DNA of 64,000 nucleotides from Candidatus Eiseniibacteriota bacterium (GTDB lineage: Bacteria > Eisenbacteria > RBG-16-71-46 > CAZAMP01): assembly GCA_965224245.1 (NCBI GenBank), contig OZ245046.1, positions 5,312,001 to 5,376,000 of the forward strand, in the 5' to 3' direction. The translations under genes were made by a program, and so were the position numbers. The notes beneath the pieces are model-generated. The model saw only the letters and a list, made by a program, of their open reading frames with translations, made no database searches and was not told where the DNA came from. Position 1 is the stretch's first letter, and each line of letters starts with the position of its first letter. Positions 19,467-28,410 of this stretch are shown piece after piece.

Positions 19467-20414
19467 ATGTCCTCGAGTCTCCACGTCATCTTCGGCGCCG
19501 GTCAGGTCGGCGTGCCGCTGGCCGAGCGACTTCTCGAGCGCGGCATGAGCGTCCGCATGGTCAAGCGCTCGCCGTCCGACGACGTACCCGACGGCGCCGA
19601 GCTGGGGCTCGGTGACGCGAGCGACGCGGAGTTCTGCCGCGAAGCCAGCCAGGGCGCCGATGCGATCTATCACATCATGAACCCGCGCTACGTGGCGAAG
19701 GTGTGGCGCGAGCGCCTGCCCCTGTACATGCAGAACCTGATGCAGGCCGCGGCGTCCGCCGAGGCGCGGCTGGTCGTGCTCGACAACCTCTACATGATCG
19801 GCCCCACCGGTGGGGTTCCGATCGACGAGGACACGCCGGTGTCGCCGTGCTCGGCGAAGGGGAGGGCGCGTGCCCGGGCCGCCCGGATGCTCTTCGACGC
19901 CCACGAGCGGGGCGACGTGCGCGCCGTCGTCGGGCGAGCCTCCGACTACTACGGACCGAGGGGGACGCTGACGCATCTGGGCGATCCGTTCTGGAAGCCC
20001 GTCCTCGCCGGAAAGACCGCGCGCATGGTCATCGATCCCGACGCGGTCCACACGTATCACTACATCCCCGACGTGGCCGCCGGTCTCGCCGAGCTCGGGC
20101 TGGCGTCCGAGAGCGTGCTCGGCCGCGTGTGGATGCTGCCCTGCGCGCCCGCCCGGACCGCCCGCGAGCTGATCGCCGACCTGTCCACCGCGCTGGGGCG
20201 CGAGATCGCCGTGTCGCGAACTCCACGCCCCGTGATCAAGGCGCTCGGCCTGTTCGTGCCGATGCTGCGAGAGGTCGACGAGATGCTGTACCAGTGGGAC
20301 GAGCCGTTCATCGTCGACGACAGCCGGTTCCGGAAGCGCTTCGGGGCCACGGCCACCGATCCGGTCGAAGGCGCCGCGGCCACGGTGGCCTGGGCGCGCG
20401 AGCACTACGCCTGA
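19467..20414 (+). CDS. NAD-dependent epimerase/dehydratase family (atypical SDR)
   Basis: IFGAGQVG Rossmann motif; LDNLYMIG and RASDYYGP; GGGAGG RBS. Confidence 0.85.
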   Translation: MSSSLHVIFGAGQVGVPLAERLLERGMSVRMVKRSPSDDVPDGAELGLGDASDAEFCREASQGADAIYHIMNPRYVAKVWRERLPLYMQNLMQAAASAEARLVVLDNLYMIGPTGGVPIDEDTPVSPCSAKGRARARAARMLFDAHERGDVRAVVGRASDYYGPRGTLTHLGDPFWKPVLAGKTARMVIDPDAVHTYHYIPDVAAGLAELGLASESVLGRVWMLPCAPARTARELIADLSTALGREIAVSRTPRPVIKALGLFVPMLREVDEMLYQWDEPFIVDDSRFRKRFGATATDPVEGAAATVAWAREHYA

Positions 20415-20450
20415 TCGCGCGTCCAGGGCCGGCCCCGGTCGGGCCGACGA

Positions 20451-21836
20451 CTACTCGATCGTGCTGATCCGCCAGGTCGAGCGCCGCTCGTCCAGCTCGA
20501 AGCGATAGTCGCCGTCGCCCGGGAACTTGATCGACAGCCCCGTGCCCTCGCCGCTGACGATGCAGGCGTCGCCGCTCGTGACCCCACCCACGAACTCGTG
20601 GATGTCATCCTCGCTCGTGCACGTGCCGTAGTCGTCGTCCCACGCCTCGTTCGTGCGGAACTTGAGCACCCACACCGAGTCGGCATCCACCGAGATCGTC
20701 AGCGTGTCGGCCCACACGCACTGCGACGGGTCCACCAGTGTCATGTGCGGGCCGCCGGGTGGGGGCGGCCAGCCGTTGAACTCGCCGACGATCTCGATCG
20801 CCGAGCTGGTCTGGCACGCCTCGTCCACGAGCAGCGTGATCGGATCCAGCGTCGTCGTGGTCTCGGCGGTCACCTCCACGTCCGTGATCGTTTGGGAGAC
20901 ATAGCCGGCGGCCGAGATCTCGACGCCGACCGTTCCCACCGGAACGTCCTCGATCACGAACGCGCCCGCGGCGTCGGTCGTGCCCTCGATCGTGCCGGTG
21001 CCGGCCGTCACGCGAACGGTGGCCGTGGGCAGCTCGGCCGGATCGTCGTCGAACGTGACCGTGCCCGCGACGGTCCCGAACTCGGCGTCCACGAGCGTGA
21101 TCGTCTCCAGATCGGCCGAGCCGCCGTCGGTGATCACGACCCCGGAGACGTGCCGGTCCACGAAGCCCTCGGCGATGATGACGACCTCGTACGTGCCGGC
21201 GGGCAGGTTCGGAATCGAGAAGGTTCCGGTGCCCGAGCGCGACGTGGTCACCGGCGCCTCGTCCATCGGCTCGATCCGATACGACGGCGGCGTGGTGCCC
21301 TCGTAGAGGAGGATGTTGTACAGCCCGGACTCGAGCACGTCGGCCCGCATGTCGTTGCCGGTGCCCGAGCCGCGCTCGGTGGTGCCGACGAGGCCGTCGC
21401 CGCCGCCGGCGTTCACGTAGTCGTCGCCCCAGGCCCTGCCCACGACGAACTTCCAGGTGATCTCCCCGCTGGACAGATCGCGCGTGTCGACCCAGGCGCC
21501 GCCGCCGAGATAGCGCATGCCCGGCTCGGACCAGTGTGTGGTGCTCCACTCGTTCCAGGAGCCGGTCGGGTGGATCGTGCTCGTGGTCGTCATGTAGCCC
21601 GGCACGTAGTCACGAAGCGCGTAGATGGTGGCGACCTCGCCGACGCCGAGCCCGGCCACGACGCCGCGCAGCTCGGCGGTTCCGGCGGCCTCGCCGGTGG
21701 GGGTGAGGAGCGTCGAGTCGGGTGCGTCGTCACAGCCGAGCCCGCCCAGACCGGCGACGCCGAACGTGGTCAGCGCGGCGAGTCCGAGGAAGGCTCGCCG
21801 GCGCCGCGGGCTCGTGATCGTGAAGGGCTTGTTCAT
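20451..21836 (-). CDS. Lipoprotein with SusE/F-like (X25-type) starch-binding modules and carboxypeptidase-regulatory-like beta-sandwiches
   Basis: RRAFL...LGGLGC signal and lipobox; TGSWNEW...WKF...W..DY and VGEFNGW...LKF...WDDDYG modules; PAGTYEV repeat. Confidence 0.72.
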   Translation of the reverse strand: MNKPFTITSPRRRRAFLGLAALTTFGVAGLGGLGCDDAPDSTLLTPTGEAAGTAELRGVVAGLGVGEVATIYALRDYVPGYMTTTSTIHPTGSWNEWSTTHWSEPGMRYLGGGAWVDTRDLSSGEITWKFVVGRAWGDDYVNAGGGDGLVGTTERGSGTGNDMRADVLESGLYNILLYEGTTPPSYRIEPMDEAPVTTSRSGTGTFSIPNLPAGTYEVVIIAEGFVDRHVSGVVITDGGSADLETITLVDAEFGTVAGTVTFDDDPAELPTATVRVTAGTGTIEGTTDAAGAFVIEDVPVGTVGVEISAAGYVSQTITDVEVTAETTTTLDPITLLVDEACQTSSAIEIVGEFNGWPPPPGGPHMTLVDPSQCVWADTLTISVDADSVWVLKFRTNEAWDDDYGTCTSEDDIHEFVGGVTSGDACIVSGEGTGLSIKFPGDGDYRFELDERRSTWRISTIE

Positions 21837-21839
21837 TGA

Positions 21840-22247
21840 CTAGTCCACGATGAGTACGGAGTTGAACCCGCCGAAGCCGTCGTCGGTCCGGTTCGGGTTG
21901 TTGGGATCTTCCTTCCAGTTCGTCTCGTCGACCTTGAACTTGTACTGGTAGCGTCCGGGTTCCAGGTCCACGACGAGTCGCCAGACGCCGTCGCCGTCCT
22001 CGTCGGCCATCTCGCCCACGCGGAACCCGCCGGTCTCGGCCAGGCCCGCGCACCAGTTGTTGCTCTCCCAGCTCCCGCAGAGCTGGACGATCTGGGCCGA
22101 GGGGCTCGCGAACTGGAACATGTATCCGCCCTGGACGCGTATGGGCGGTGGCAAGCGCTTCTTGATGAACGTGAGCCGCGTGCAGCCGGCCGCCAGCACG
22201 ACCACGGCCAGGGCCATGCACAGCCCCCGGATACGGTGACGCGACAT
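21840..22247 (-). CDS. Small lipoprotein with AMPK-beta/CBM48-type glycogen-binding domain
   Basis: GAAGGAGG RBS; lipobox LAAGC; LEPGRYQYKFKVD..NW.EDPNNP...DDGFGGFNSVL. Confidence 0.85.
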   Translation of the reverse strand: MSRHRIRGLCMALAVVVLAAGCTRLTFIKKRLPPPIRVQGGYMFQFASPSAQIVQLCGSWESNNWCAGLAETGGFRVGEMADEDGDGVWRLVVDLEPGRYQYKFKVDETNWKEDPNNPNRTDDGFGGFNSVLIVD

Positions 22248-22284
22248 GGTCACCTCCTTCGAACGGCGCGCCGGCGGCGCGCGT

Positions 22285-24492
22285 CTAGTAGCGAACGATC
22301 GCCTCGAGCTGGAAGCGGCGTTCGTCTTCCAGGGCCCGCTCCGCGCTCACGATGGCGTCGCCGAGCCCCAGGTAGTTCGTCTGCGCCGCCGATCCGTTGG
22401 CGCCGCGCTCGAACAGGAACAGGTCCCGTCCGATGTAATCGTACTCGTTGACCGGCGCGTCGATCACGTAGGGATCCACGCCGTAGCTGAACGCGATGCT
22501 GATGGTGCTCGTCGGCAGGTACGCGATCTCGATGAACGTGGAGACGAACGAGTCGTTCAGATCCAGGATCGCCGAGTCGTAGCTGGCGATGCGGGTGTCG
22601 ACGTAGCCGCGCCAGCGCGGGGCGAGCATGCCCGTCAGGTGGACCAGCGTCTCGACGTAGCTCGGGGTCTTGCCCACGCCGGCGCCGGCGAACGTGCCGT
22701 GATAGGCGAGCTCGACCTGGCGTCCGTCGTGGAGCCCGATGGCGAGGTGCGGCTTGATCACCGACGCGTCGTTCCCGCCGAGCAGCGTGAGCCGCTCGTA
22801 GCTCACCTCGTGCTCGCCGTTCTCGAGCCAGAAGTTCCGCTGGTCGAACCACATCTGCGCGCCCCAGGGCGTGGCCTCGTCGTACGAGAAGCTCGTCTGC
22901 TCGACGTCGACCGCAGCCGCGACCGGGCGGTCGATTCCGGGGAACGGGTCCCACTCGCGCTCGATCGACGCCGAGAGCACGTTCATGTCGTTCGTGAGGT
23001 CGGTGCCCGCCGTGGTGGCGATCGGGGTCAGGTCGTGACGCTGGAGCTCCCAGCTCAGGCTCGCGTCGACGTCCAGGGCGAGCGCGGGCCACGTGAGGCC
23101 GAGAAACGCGCGCACGCTCTCGTCCAGGGTCTGGCTGCCCCGGGGGCCGATGTCGGACTCGTTCCCGGCGCTGACGACCGTGTACACGTCGCTGCCGTCG
23201 ACGGTCGCGGTCTGGATCTCGACGTCGTCACGGACACCCCCCTGGCGGTCCTCGATGACCGACTCGCCCCACAGGAGCTCGGCGTTCACCCGGGGGCCGT
23301 GCTCGCTCCGGTACTCGACGTCGCCACCGAAGGCGTTCCAGCGCTCGAAGAGGCCGACGTACGTCGATCGCGTGCCGAGCGTGTCGACGGTGGCGCTGGG
23401 CACGATCGTCTGAAGCGAGCCGGGGTTGTAGCTCCGATCCATCCGGAACGAGACGCCGACGCGAACGTCGCCCCCCGGCGCCGAGGTGAGCGTCCCCGCA
23501 CGCGCGGCCAGGACGTCCTTGCCGGCGTCACTGACCGCGGTCCGGTAGTCGGTGAGCGGCTGGTCGAACTCGAAGCGTCCCTCGTCGAACACGAGCTGGT
23601 CGGGCGTCATGAACGTCTCGGTGACACCCGGGTGCGTGAAGCCGCCGGGCTCCGAGTCGTCGGAGTAGAGGAGCTGCGCCTCGACGCCGCGAAACGTCTT
23701 CGTCGCCCACGCGCCCACGGTCTCGTAGCCGTAGTCGTGGTCGTAGATCCCGATGCCCCCGACGAGCCGAAGCGGGTCGTCGAACCGGCCCACGCCCTCG
23801 TTGTCCCACAGGACCCCGTCGATCTCGTCGTTGGAGAGCCGCAGCGACCCGCGATCAAAGTTCAGGCGCGTCTGGTAGAAGTCGACGTTGTCGGCCTCGT
23901 TGTGGATGTTGGTGAGCACGTGCGCGCTCAGGTCGTCGTTCACGCGCACGGCGAAGTCCAGGTCGATGTCGAGCGTGGGGCGGCGTAGCTCGTAGCGCGA
24001 GCTCGGCCCGTCGGCCTCCCGGGCGACGTAGTCTCCGATGGATCGCCCGGTCACCACGACCTTCGGGCTCAGCGTCGTGTTGGACGTCGCCGCCATCGCG
24101 GTGAGCGAGCCGTCGGCGGCGATCGTGATCGCGGAGTTTCCGTAATCACCGGCGGTCACGGGGTTTGTGGGGTCGGCGATCCAGTTGCCGTCGACGACGA
24201 ACTTGTAGAGCTGCTGACCGGCCTCCAGGGGAACCGTGATCGCCCACACGCCGTCCTCGTTCGTCATCGGGTTGGCGGTCGTGGACCAGCCGTTGAACTC
24301 GCCGGCCAGACTCACCGAGGACGCGTTCGGATCGGCGTACGTGAACCGGATGCCACCGTCCACGGCCACGGGCTGGGCGTTCGACGCCGCGGGCACGACG
24401 AGAACAGAGGCGATCGCGACCAGGACGGACCACACCCACGAGCGGGCGTGGCGGCGCGGAGTGCGTGGCGACGATACGGCGCGAGTGCCCAT
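22285..24492 (-). CDS. Putative outer-membrane beta-barrel with N-terminal CBM48 (glycogen-binding) domain
   Basis: Signal peptide; SLAGEFNGW...YKFVVDGNWIADPTNP; then alternating amphipathic strands ending FQLEAIVRY (beta-signal-like). Confidence 0.75.
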   Translation of the reverse strand: MGTRAVSSPRTPRRHARSWVWSVLVAIASVLVVPAASNAQPVAVDGGIRFTYADPNASSVSLAGEFNGWSTTANPMTNEDGVWAITVPLEAGQQLYKFVVDGNWIADPTNPVTAGDYGNSAITIAADGSLTAMAATSNTTLSPKVVVTGRSIGDYVAREADGPSSRYELRRPTLDIDLDFAVRVNDDLSAHVLTNIHNEADNVDFYQTRLNFDRGSLRLSNDEIDGVLWDNEGVGRFDDPLRLVGGIGIYDHDYGYETVGAWATKTFRGVEAQLLYSDDSEPGGFTHPGVTETFMTPDQLVFDEGRFEFDQPLTDYRTAVSDAGKDVLAARAGTLTSAPGGDVRVGVSFRMDRSYNPGSLQTIVPSATVDTLGTRSTYVGLFERWNAFGGDVEYRSEHGPRVNAELLWGESVIEDRQGGVRDDVEIQTATVDGSDVYTVVSAGNESDIGPRGSQTLDESVRAFLGLTWPALALDVDASLSWELQRHDLTPIATTAGTDLTNDMNVLSASIEREWDPFPGIDRPVAAAVDVEQTSFSYDEATPWGAQMWFDQRNFWLENGEHEVSYERLTLLGGNDASVIKPHLAIGLHDGRQVELAYHGTFAGAGVGKTPSYVETLVHLTGMLAPRWRGYVDTRIASYDSAILDLNDSFVSTFIEIAYLPTSTISIAFSYGVDPYVIDAPVNEYDYIGRDLFLFERGANGSAAQTNYLGLGDAIVSAERALEDERRFQLEAIVRY

Positions 24493-26102
24493 CAGAAGTT
24501 TCCCTTCACGATCAGCTTGACGATGTTCCGGTTGTCGGCGCTGCCGGCCAGGTCGCCGTCGTCGACGGGGTTCGGCGTGTCGCCGATCCAGCCCGGTCCA
24601 TACTCTAGAAACGCCTCCATGTTGCCGCGCGGGCGGTACTGGAGCTGCGTGAACAGTCCCTTCCGGAGGCGGGCGGGGTCGTTTCCGAACGTGTAGCGCC
24701 CGTAGACCTTGAGTCGCGGGGTGAGGTTGACGCTGCTCTCGACCGACGCGAGCGCCTTCTCGTCGACGCTGTCGAAGTCCTTGATCTTGCCCTGGATCCG
24801 CATCCAGGCCAGGCGGCTCTCCACCTGCACCTCGGCGAAGAGGTCCCGGTTCTGCGTGACGTCCGGGAACTCCGGCTCCGAGAGGTTCCGGTCGATTCGA
24901 TTCGAGTAGTAGAACTTCGTGGTGAAGCCGTTCACGTACTCGACGTACATCTCGGCGTAGAGCTCGGTGAACTTCCGCCGGTCGAAGACGAATCGCTCGT
25001 AGTTGGTGTAGTTGAGCGCCAGCGTGATCGCGCGCTCGGGCACCAGGTACCACGAGTTGAGCCAGATGCCCTGCTCGCCCTGCGCGCGCTGGTCGTCGAG
25101 GGGGCTCGAGAGACGCCCGAGCGGGTTCACGAACTCCGGCCCGTAGTACCAGAAGGACGGCGCGAGGTTGTAGTAGCCGAACGTCGGGTGACCGACGCGA
25201 AGCGCGCGCAGCTCGCCCACCAGCGCGAGGTCGTCCGGCAGCCAGGGATCGAGGCGCTTCAGGCTCGCACTTCCGGGGTCGAAGCCGTCGTCACCCTCGC
25301 TCTGGAATCCCAGGCGCGTCGCGAACTCCAGCGACAGGTCGGTGACGCCGAACTGGTAGCGCATGTCGCCCGCCACCAGATCGAACGCGTTGCTGGGCTC
25401 GCTGGCCTGCGCCTCGACCTTGCGGTTGTACGTCATGCCCAGGCGAAGGCGGTTCCCGAGGAACGGGCGGCGCAGCCGAACGACGTGCGCGTCGTCGGTG
25501 CTGACCGGCGCGAACGCCTCGGCTCCGGCGCCCGGGTTGGACTGCCCGCTGAAGTCGCTGGAGAGGAGCGTCATGTTGGTGCCCCCGAGGCCCCAGAGGT
25601 CCAGACGTGCGCCCTGCGCGTTGTCGGAGTCCTTCAGGTTGTTGGGCTCGACCACGCGGATGAGGTGATTCTCGACCCAGAAGCGATCCTGCCGCTGGAA
25701 GAGGTACAGGTCGGCTCCCCGCGTGGTGCGATCGATCCGGTAGCGCAGATGGCTCTCGCGGTACTGGAACATCGGCCGATTCTGATCGTTGGATCCCGGG
25801 TTCCAGTCGGCCTCGAACTTGACGAACGCCTCCACGCCGGTGGCCGGTGCCGAGAACAGGCGAAACTGCGCGCCGTTGTAGGTGTCGGAGTTGTTGGAGT
25901 CGAAGTCCCACTCGTTGCTGCGGTCCTCCTTCCGCGCGTCGATCTGGATCTGGTACTCGCCCTCGAGCTTGGTGATCGCCGAGGCGTCGATGGCGACGCC
26001 CCCGATCAGCGCGACGGCCAGCGCGCGCGTCGCCAGGCGCGTCGCGGCGTGGCCGGGACGGTCGGGGCGGGCGCGCTCGGCGCGGCGGACTCGGGCTACC
26101 AT
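24492..26102 (-). CDS. Putative outer-membrane beta-barrel of unknown family
   Basis: Signal peptide ending ASA; aromatic-rich alternating strands; C-terminal IVKLIVKGNF; overlaps both neighbouring genes. Confidence 0.7.
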   Translation of the reverse strand: MVARVRRAERARPDRPGHAATRLATRALAVALIGGVAIDASAITKLEGEYQIQIDARKEDRSNEWDFDSNNSDTYNGAQFRLFSAPATGVEAFVKFEADWNPGSNDQNRPMFQYRESHLRYRIDRTTRGADLYLFQRQDRFWVENHLIRVVEPNNLKDSDNAQGARLDLWGLGGTNMTLLSSDFSGQSNPGAGAEAFAPVSTDDAHVVRLRRPFLGNRLRLGMTYNRKVEAQASEPSNAFDLVAGDMRYQFGVTDLSLEFATRLGFQSEGDDGFDPGSASLKRLDPWLPDDLALVGELRALRVGHPTFGYYNLAPSFWYYGPEFVNPLGRLSSPLDDQRAQGEQGIWLNSWYLVPERAITLALNYTNYERFVFDRRKFTELYAEMYVEYVNGFTTKFYYSNRIDRNLSEPEFPDVTQNRDLFAEVQVESRLAWMRIQGKIKDFDSVDEKALASVESSVNLTPRLKVYGRYTFGNDPARLRKGLFTQLQYRPRGNMEAFLEYGPGWIGDTPNPVDDGDLAGSADNRNIVKLIVKGNF

Positions 26103-27058
26103 CTCGGCTCTCCGAACGGCACTCGGAGCGACAGCTCGTACGAGATCCCGAGGTCGTCGTTCGTCACGAACGCGACGTCGACCAGAAAGCGCTCGGCGGC
26201 CAGGCCGACGCCTCCGGCGAAGTCCCCGCCCGAGACCCCCGCGCGGAGCGCGAACACGTCGTAGAAGGACACCTCGGCTCCCGTGTTGAAGAGCCAGTCC
26301 CCGCGCGCGTCCTGGTTGAGGCTCAGCGCGAACACCGACTCCGGATGCCACCGATACGAGAGGCTGACGTCGTGGATGCGCTCGAGCCGCGTGCGACCGC
26401 CGCCGTCCACGAAGTCGAACGTGGGCTCGATCACGTTGCGGACGACGTAGCCCACGGCCACCGTGGGGGACAGGTTCACCAGCGCGGACAGATCCGCCGT
26501 GAGCTTGCGCTGGGAGCCGTAATCGATCTCGCCGGCGTCGGCGTCGTAGCTGACGCTGGCGAGCTTGACGTTGGCCCCGATCGCCAGCGCGTAGCTCCCG
26601 GTGTAGGCCACGACGTCGCGCGCGACGCCGAACGTGACCATGTCCTCGGAGACGACGTTCTCGACCCCGGTGTGATGCCACGCGACCGAGACCGACGTCC
26701 GGTCGCGGTGATGGACGGCGCTCGCGAACTGGGTACCCAGGTTCTCCACGACGTAGGGCCGGCTGTGCACGAAGAGGATCTCGCTCCGGCGCATGGTGAC
26801 CAGGGCGGCGGTGTTCCACGACACGGCCGACCCATCGTCGGCGATGGCCGAGTAGGCGCGCCCGATGGCGGTCCCTCGTGCCCCGGCGAGCATGCGCTCG
26901 AAGTGGGCGCCCACCGGCTGCGGCGCGAGGGCGCTCAGGGCGACGGCGGCGAACGCCCAGACGAGGATCGAAGCGTCCGGTGACGTGACCCTTGCCCCGG
27001 CGTGGCGCGAGAGCGCGGCGCGCGCCGCCGCCCGAGCGCGGTTCGCCCGCCCGCTCAT
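26096..27058 (-). CDS. PorV/PorP-like (FadL-fold) outer-membrane barrel
   Basis: GARGTAIGRAYSAIADDGSAVSWNTAAL matches the PorV/UPF0164 N-terminal motif; GAEVSF...LRAG...DLGISYELSL. Confidence 0.8.
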   Translation of the reverse strand: MSGRANRARAAARAALSRHAGARVTSPDASILVWAFAAVALSALAPQPVGAHFERMLAGARGTAIGRAYSAIADDGSAVSWNTAALVTMRRSEILFVHSRPYVVENLGTQFASAVHHRDRTSVSVAWHHTGVENVVSEDMVTFGVARDVVAYTGSYALAIGANVKLASVSYDADAGEIDYGSQRKLTADLSALVNLSPTVAVGYVVRNVIEPTFDFVDGGGRTRLERIHDVSLSYRWHPESVFALSLNQDARGDWLFNTGAEVSFYDVFALRAGVSGGDFAGGVGLAAERFLVDVAFVTNDDLGISYELSLRVPFGEPRW

Positions 27059-28311
27059 CTCACCACCGTGAACGCACGCTTCGCGCGGCTCGGGCCGACT
27101 TCCTCGACCACGCTCAGGATGTAGATACCCCCGGGAACCGGCCGATCGGCGCCGTCACGTCCATCCCAGCGATCCTTGGTCGGGTCGGTGGGAGAGGTGG
27201 CCGGCCGGACGTCCTCGACGTAGAGCGAGCGAACGACCTGGCCGCGCATGTCGTACACGCGGGCGGTCAGGCTCACCTCGCGGAAGTCCTCGGACGTAGA
27301 CGGGTCGAGACGGATCTCGAACTCGAGGTCTCGCGACTCCTCGGGCGAGACGATCGGGTTGGTGATGTGGAGGCTCGTGACGTCGAACTTGATGCCCTCG
27401 ATGGGTGGACGCCGCTTGAAGCGGATGCGCTCGCGGACCGAGGCGCCGAAGTCCGGGTAGCCCGGGACGCCATCGCCGTCCACGGCGTCGTCCGGGTCGG
27501 CGTCCCCGTCCAGCGGAAGGATCGCGTAGTTGTCGATCGTGACCAGCGCGGCGCTGTCCACCGAGTGTCCGTTGAAGTTGTCCGGTGCGGAGTCGGGGCC
27601 TCCGGTGCCGTCGGCGCCGGCGGTGACCACCGCGGCGAGCTTCAGGCGGTCCATGCCGTCGGGGACTCGCCACACGTCGGCGTCCAGCGCCGGCACGAAG
27701 TCCTGCTCGGACTGACCGAAGAAGACCAGCGACCACGGAATCGCGAACTCCATCGCACGATCGGTCGAGCTGCCGTCGAAGGTCGCCACACCTCGGAACT
27801 GCGTGGACGCGACCTGCACGACCTGATTCACGCCGGTGACCGTCCACATCTGCGGCGCGCCGTTCCGGTCCCAGGTGGCGACGAAGAAGTCGGGAGCGAA
27901 GTCACTGGAGAAGACGAAGTTACGGCGCCAGGCATTGACCTCGGTCATGCCGTCGAGACCGGCGACGCCGTCGGCCGAGGGCACCTCGTCGGCGACGTCC
28001 ACGAACAGGATCGTGTTGTTGTCGAAGATGAAGCCGTCAACGGCCAGGTAGAGCGAGTCGGCGTCCCAGGTGACCTTGATCTGGTTGACGTCGTTGAAGG
28101 GCCCCCACTCGGAGTCGTTCAGCGACTCCTCGAGCGTGTTCAGCTCCTCGTTGACGCCGAACACGACCTCGTCGGCCTCGAAGTCGGACGTGAAGCCGTC
28201 GACCTCGAGTCGACCGCCGCGGTCGAGCTCGGTGATGGCGTCGGCCCGTGGCGCGATCGCGCACAGCAAGAGCGCGAGACCGGCGCGGACGACCGGAGCC
28301 TCCAGATACAT
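27055..28311 (-). CDS. Secreted protein with DOMON/CBM9-like domain and C-terminal FlgD-Ig-like domain
   Basis: Signal peptide; VTWDADSLYL and EFAIPW; NPIVSP...VYDMRGQVVRSL...WDGRD...PGGIYIL tail. Confidence 0.8.
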   Translation of the reverse strand: MYLEAPVVRAGLALLLCAIAPRADAITELDRGGRLEVDGFTSDFEADEVVFGVNEELNTLEESLNDSEWGPFNDVNQIKVTWDADSLYLAVDGFIFDNNTILFVDVADEVPSADGVAGLDGMTEVNAWRRNFVFSSDFAPDFFVATWDRNGAPQMWTVTGVNQVVQVASTQFRGVATFDGSSTDRAMEFAIPWSLVFFGQSEQDFVPALDADVWRVPDGMDRLKLAAVVTAGADGTGGPDSAPDNFNGHSVDSAALVTIDNYAILPLDGDADPDDAVDGDGVPGYPDFGASVRERIRFKRRPPIEGIKFDVTSLHITNPIVSPEESRDLEFEIRLDPSTSEDFREVSLTARVYDMRGQVVRSLYVEDVRPATSPTDPTKDRWDGRDGADRPVPGGIYILSVVEEVGPSRAKRAFTVVR

Positions 28312-28410
28312 CTGTCGCGATTTCCCTCGTTGGGGGCCGGCGACTCTGGGCTAGTATCAGGCCCGAAAACTTACCACACTCCCGAGTCGATTTGCCCAGT
28401 GAGGACGCTC

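Noticed and set aside
22285-26102. SusC/TonB-dependent receptor call for the two barrels
   Set aside because: Both barrel regions are short for a plug plus 22-strand barrel, show no plug/TonB-box motifs, and have no SusD-like neighbour
26992-28410. N-terminal 473 aa of the 1477-aa ORF
   Set aside because: It is antisense to the real 27055..28311 gene; the signal peptide and RBS place the start at 28411 or 28432
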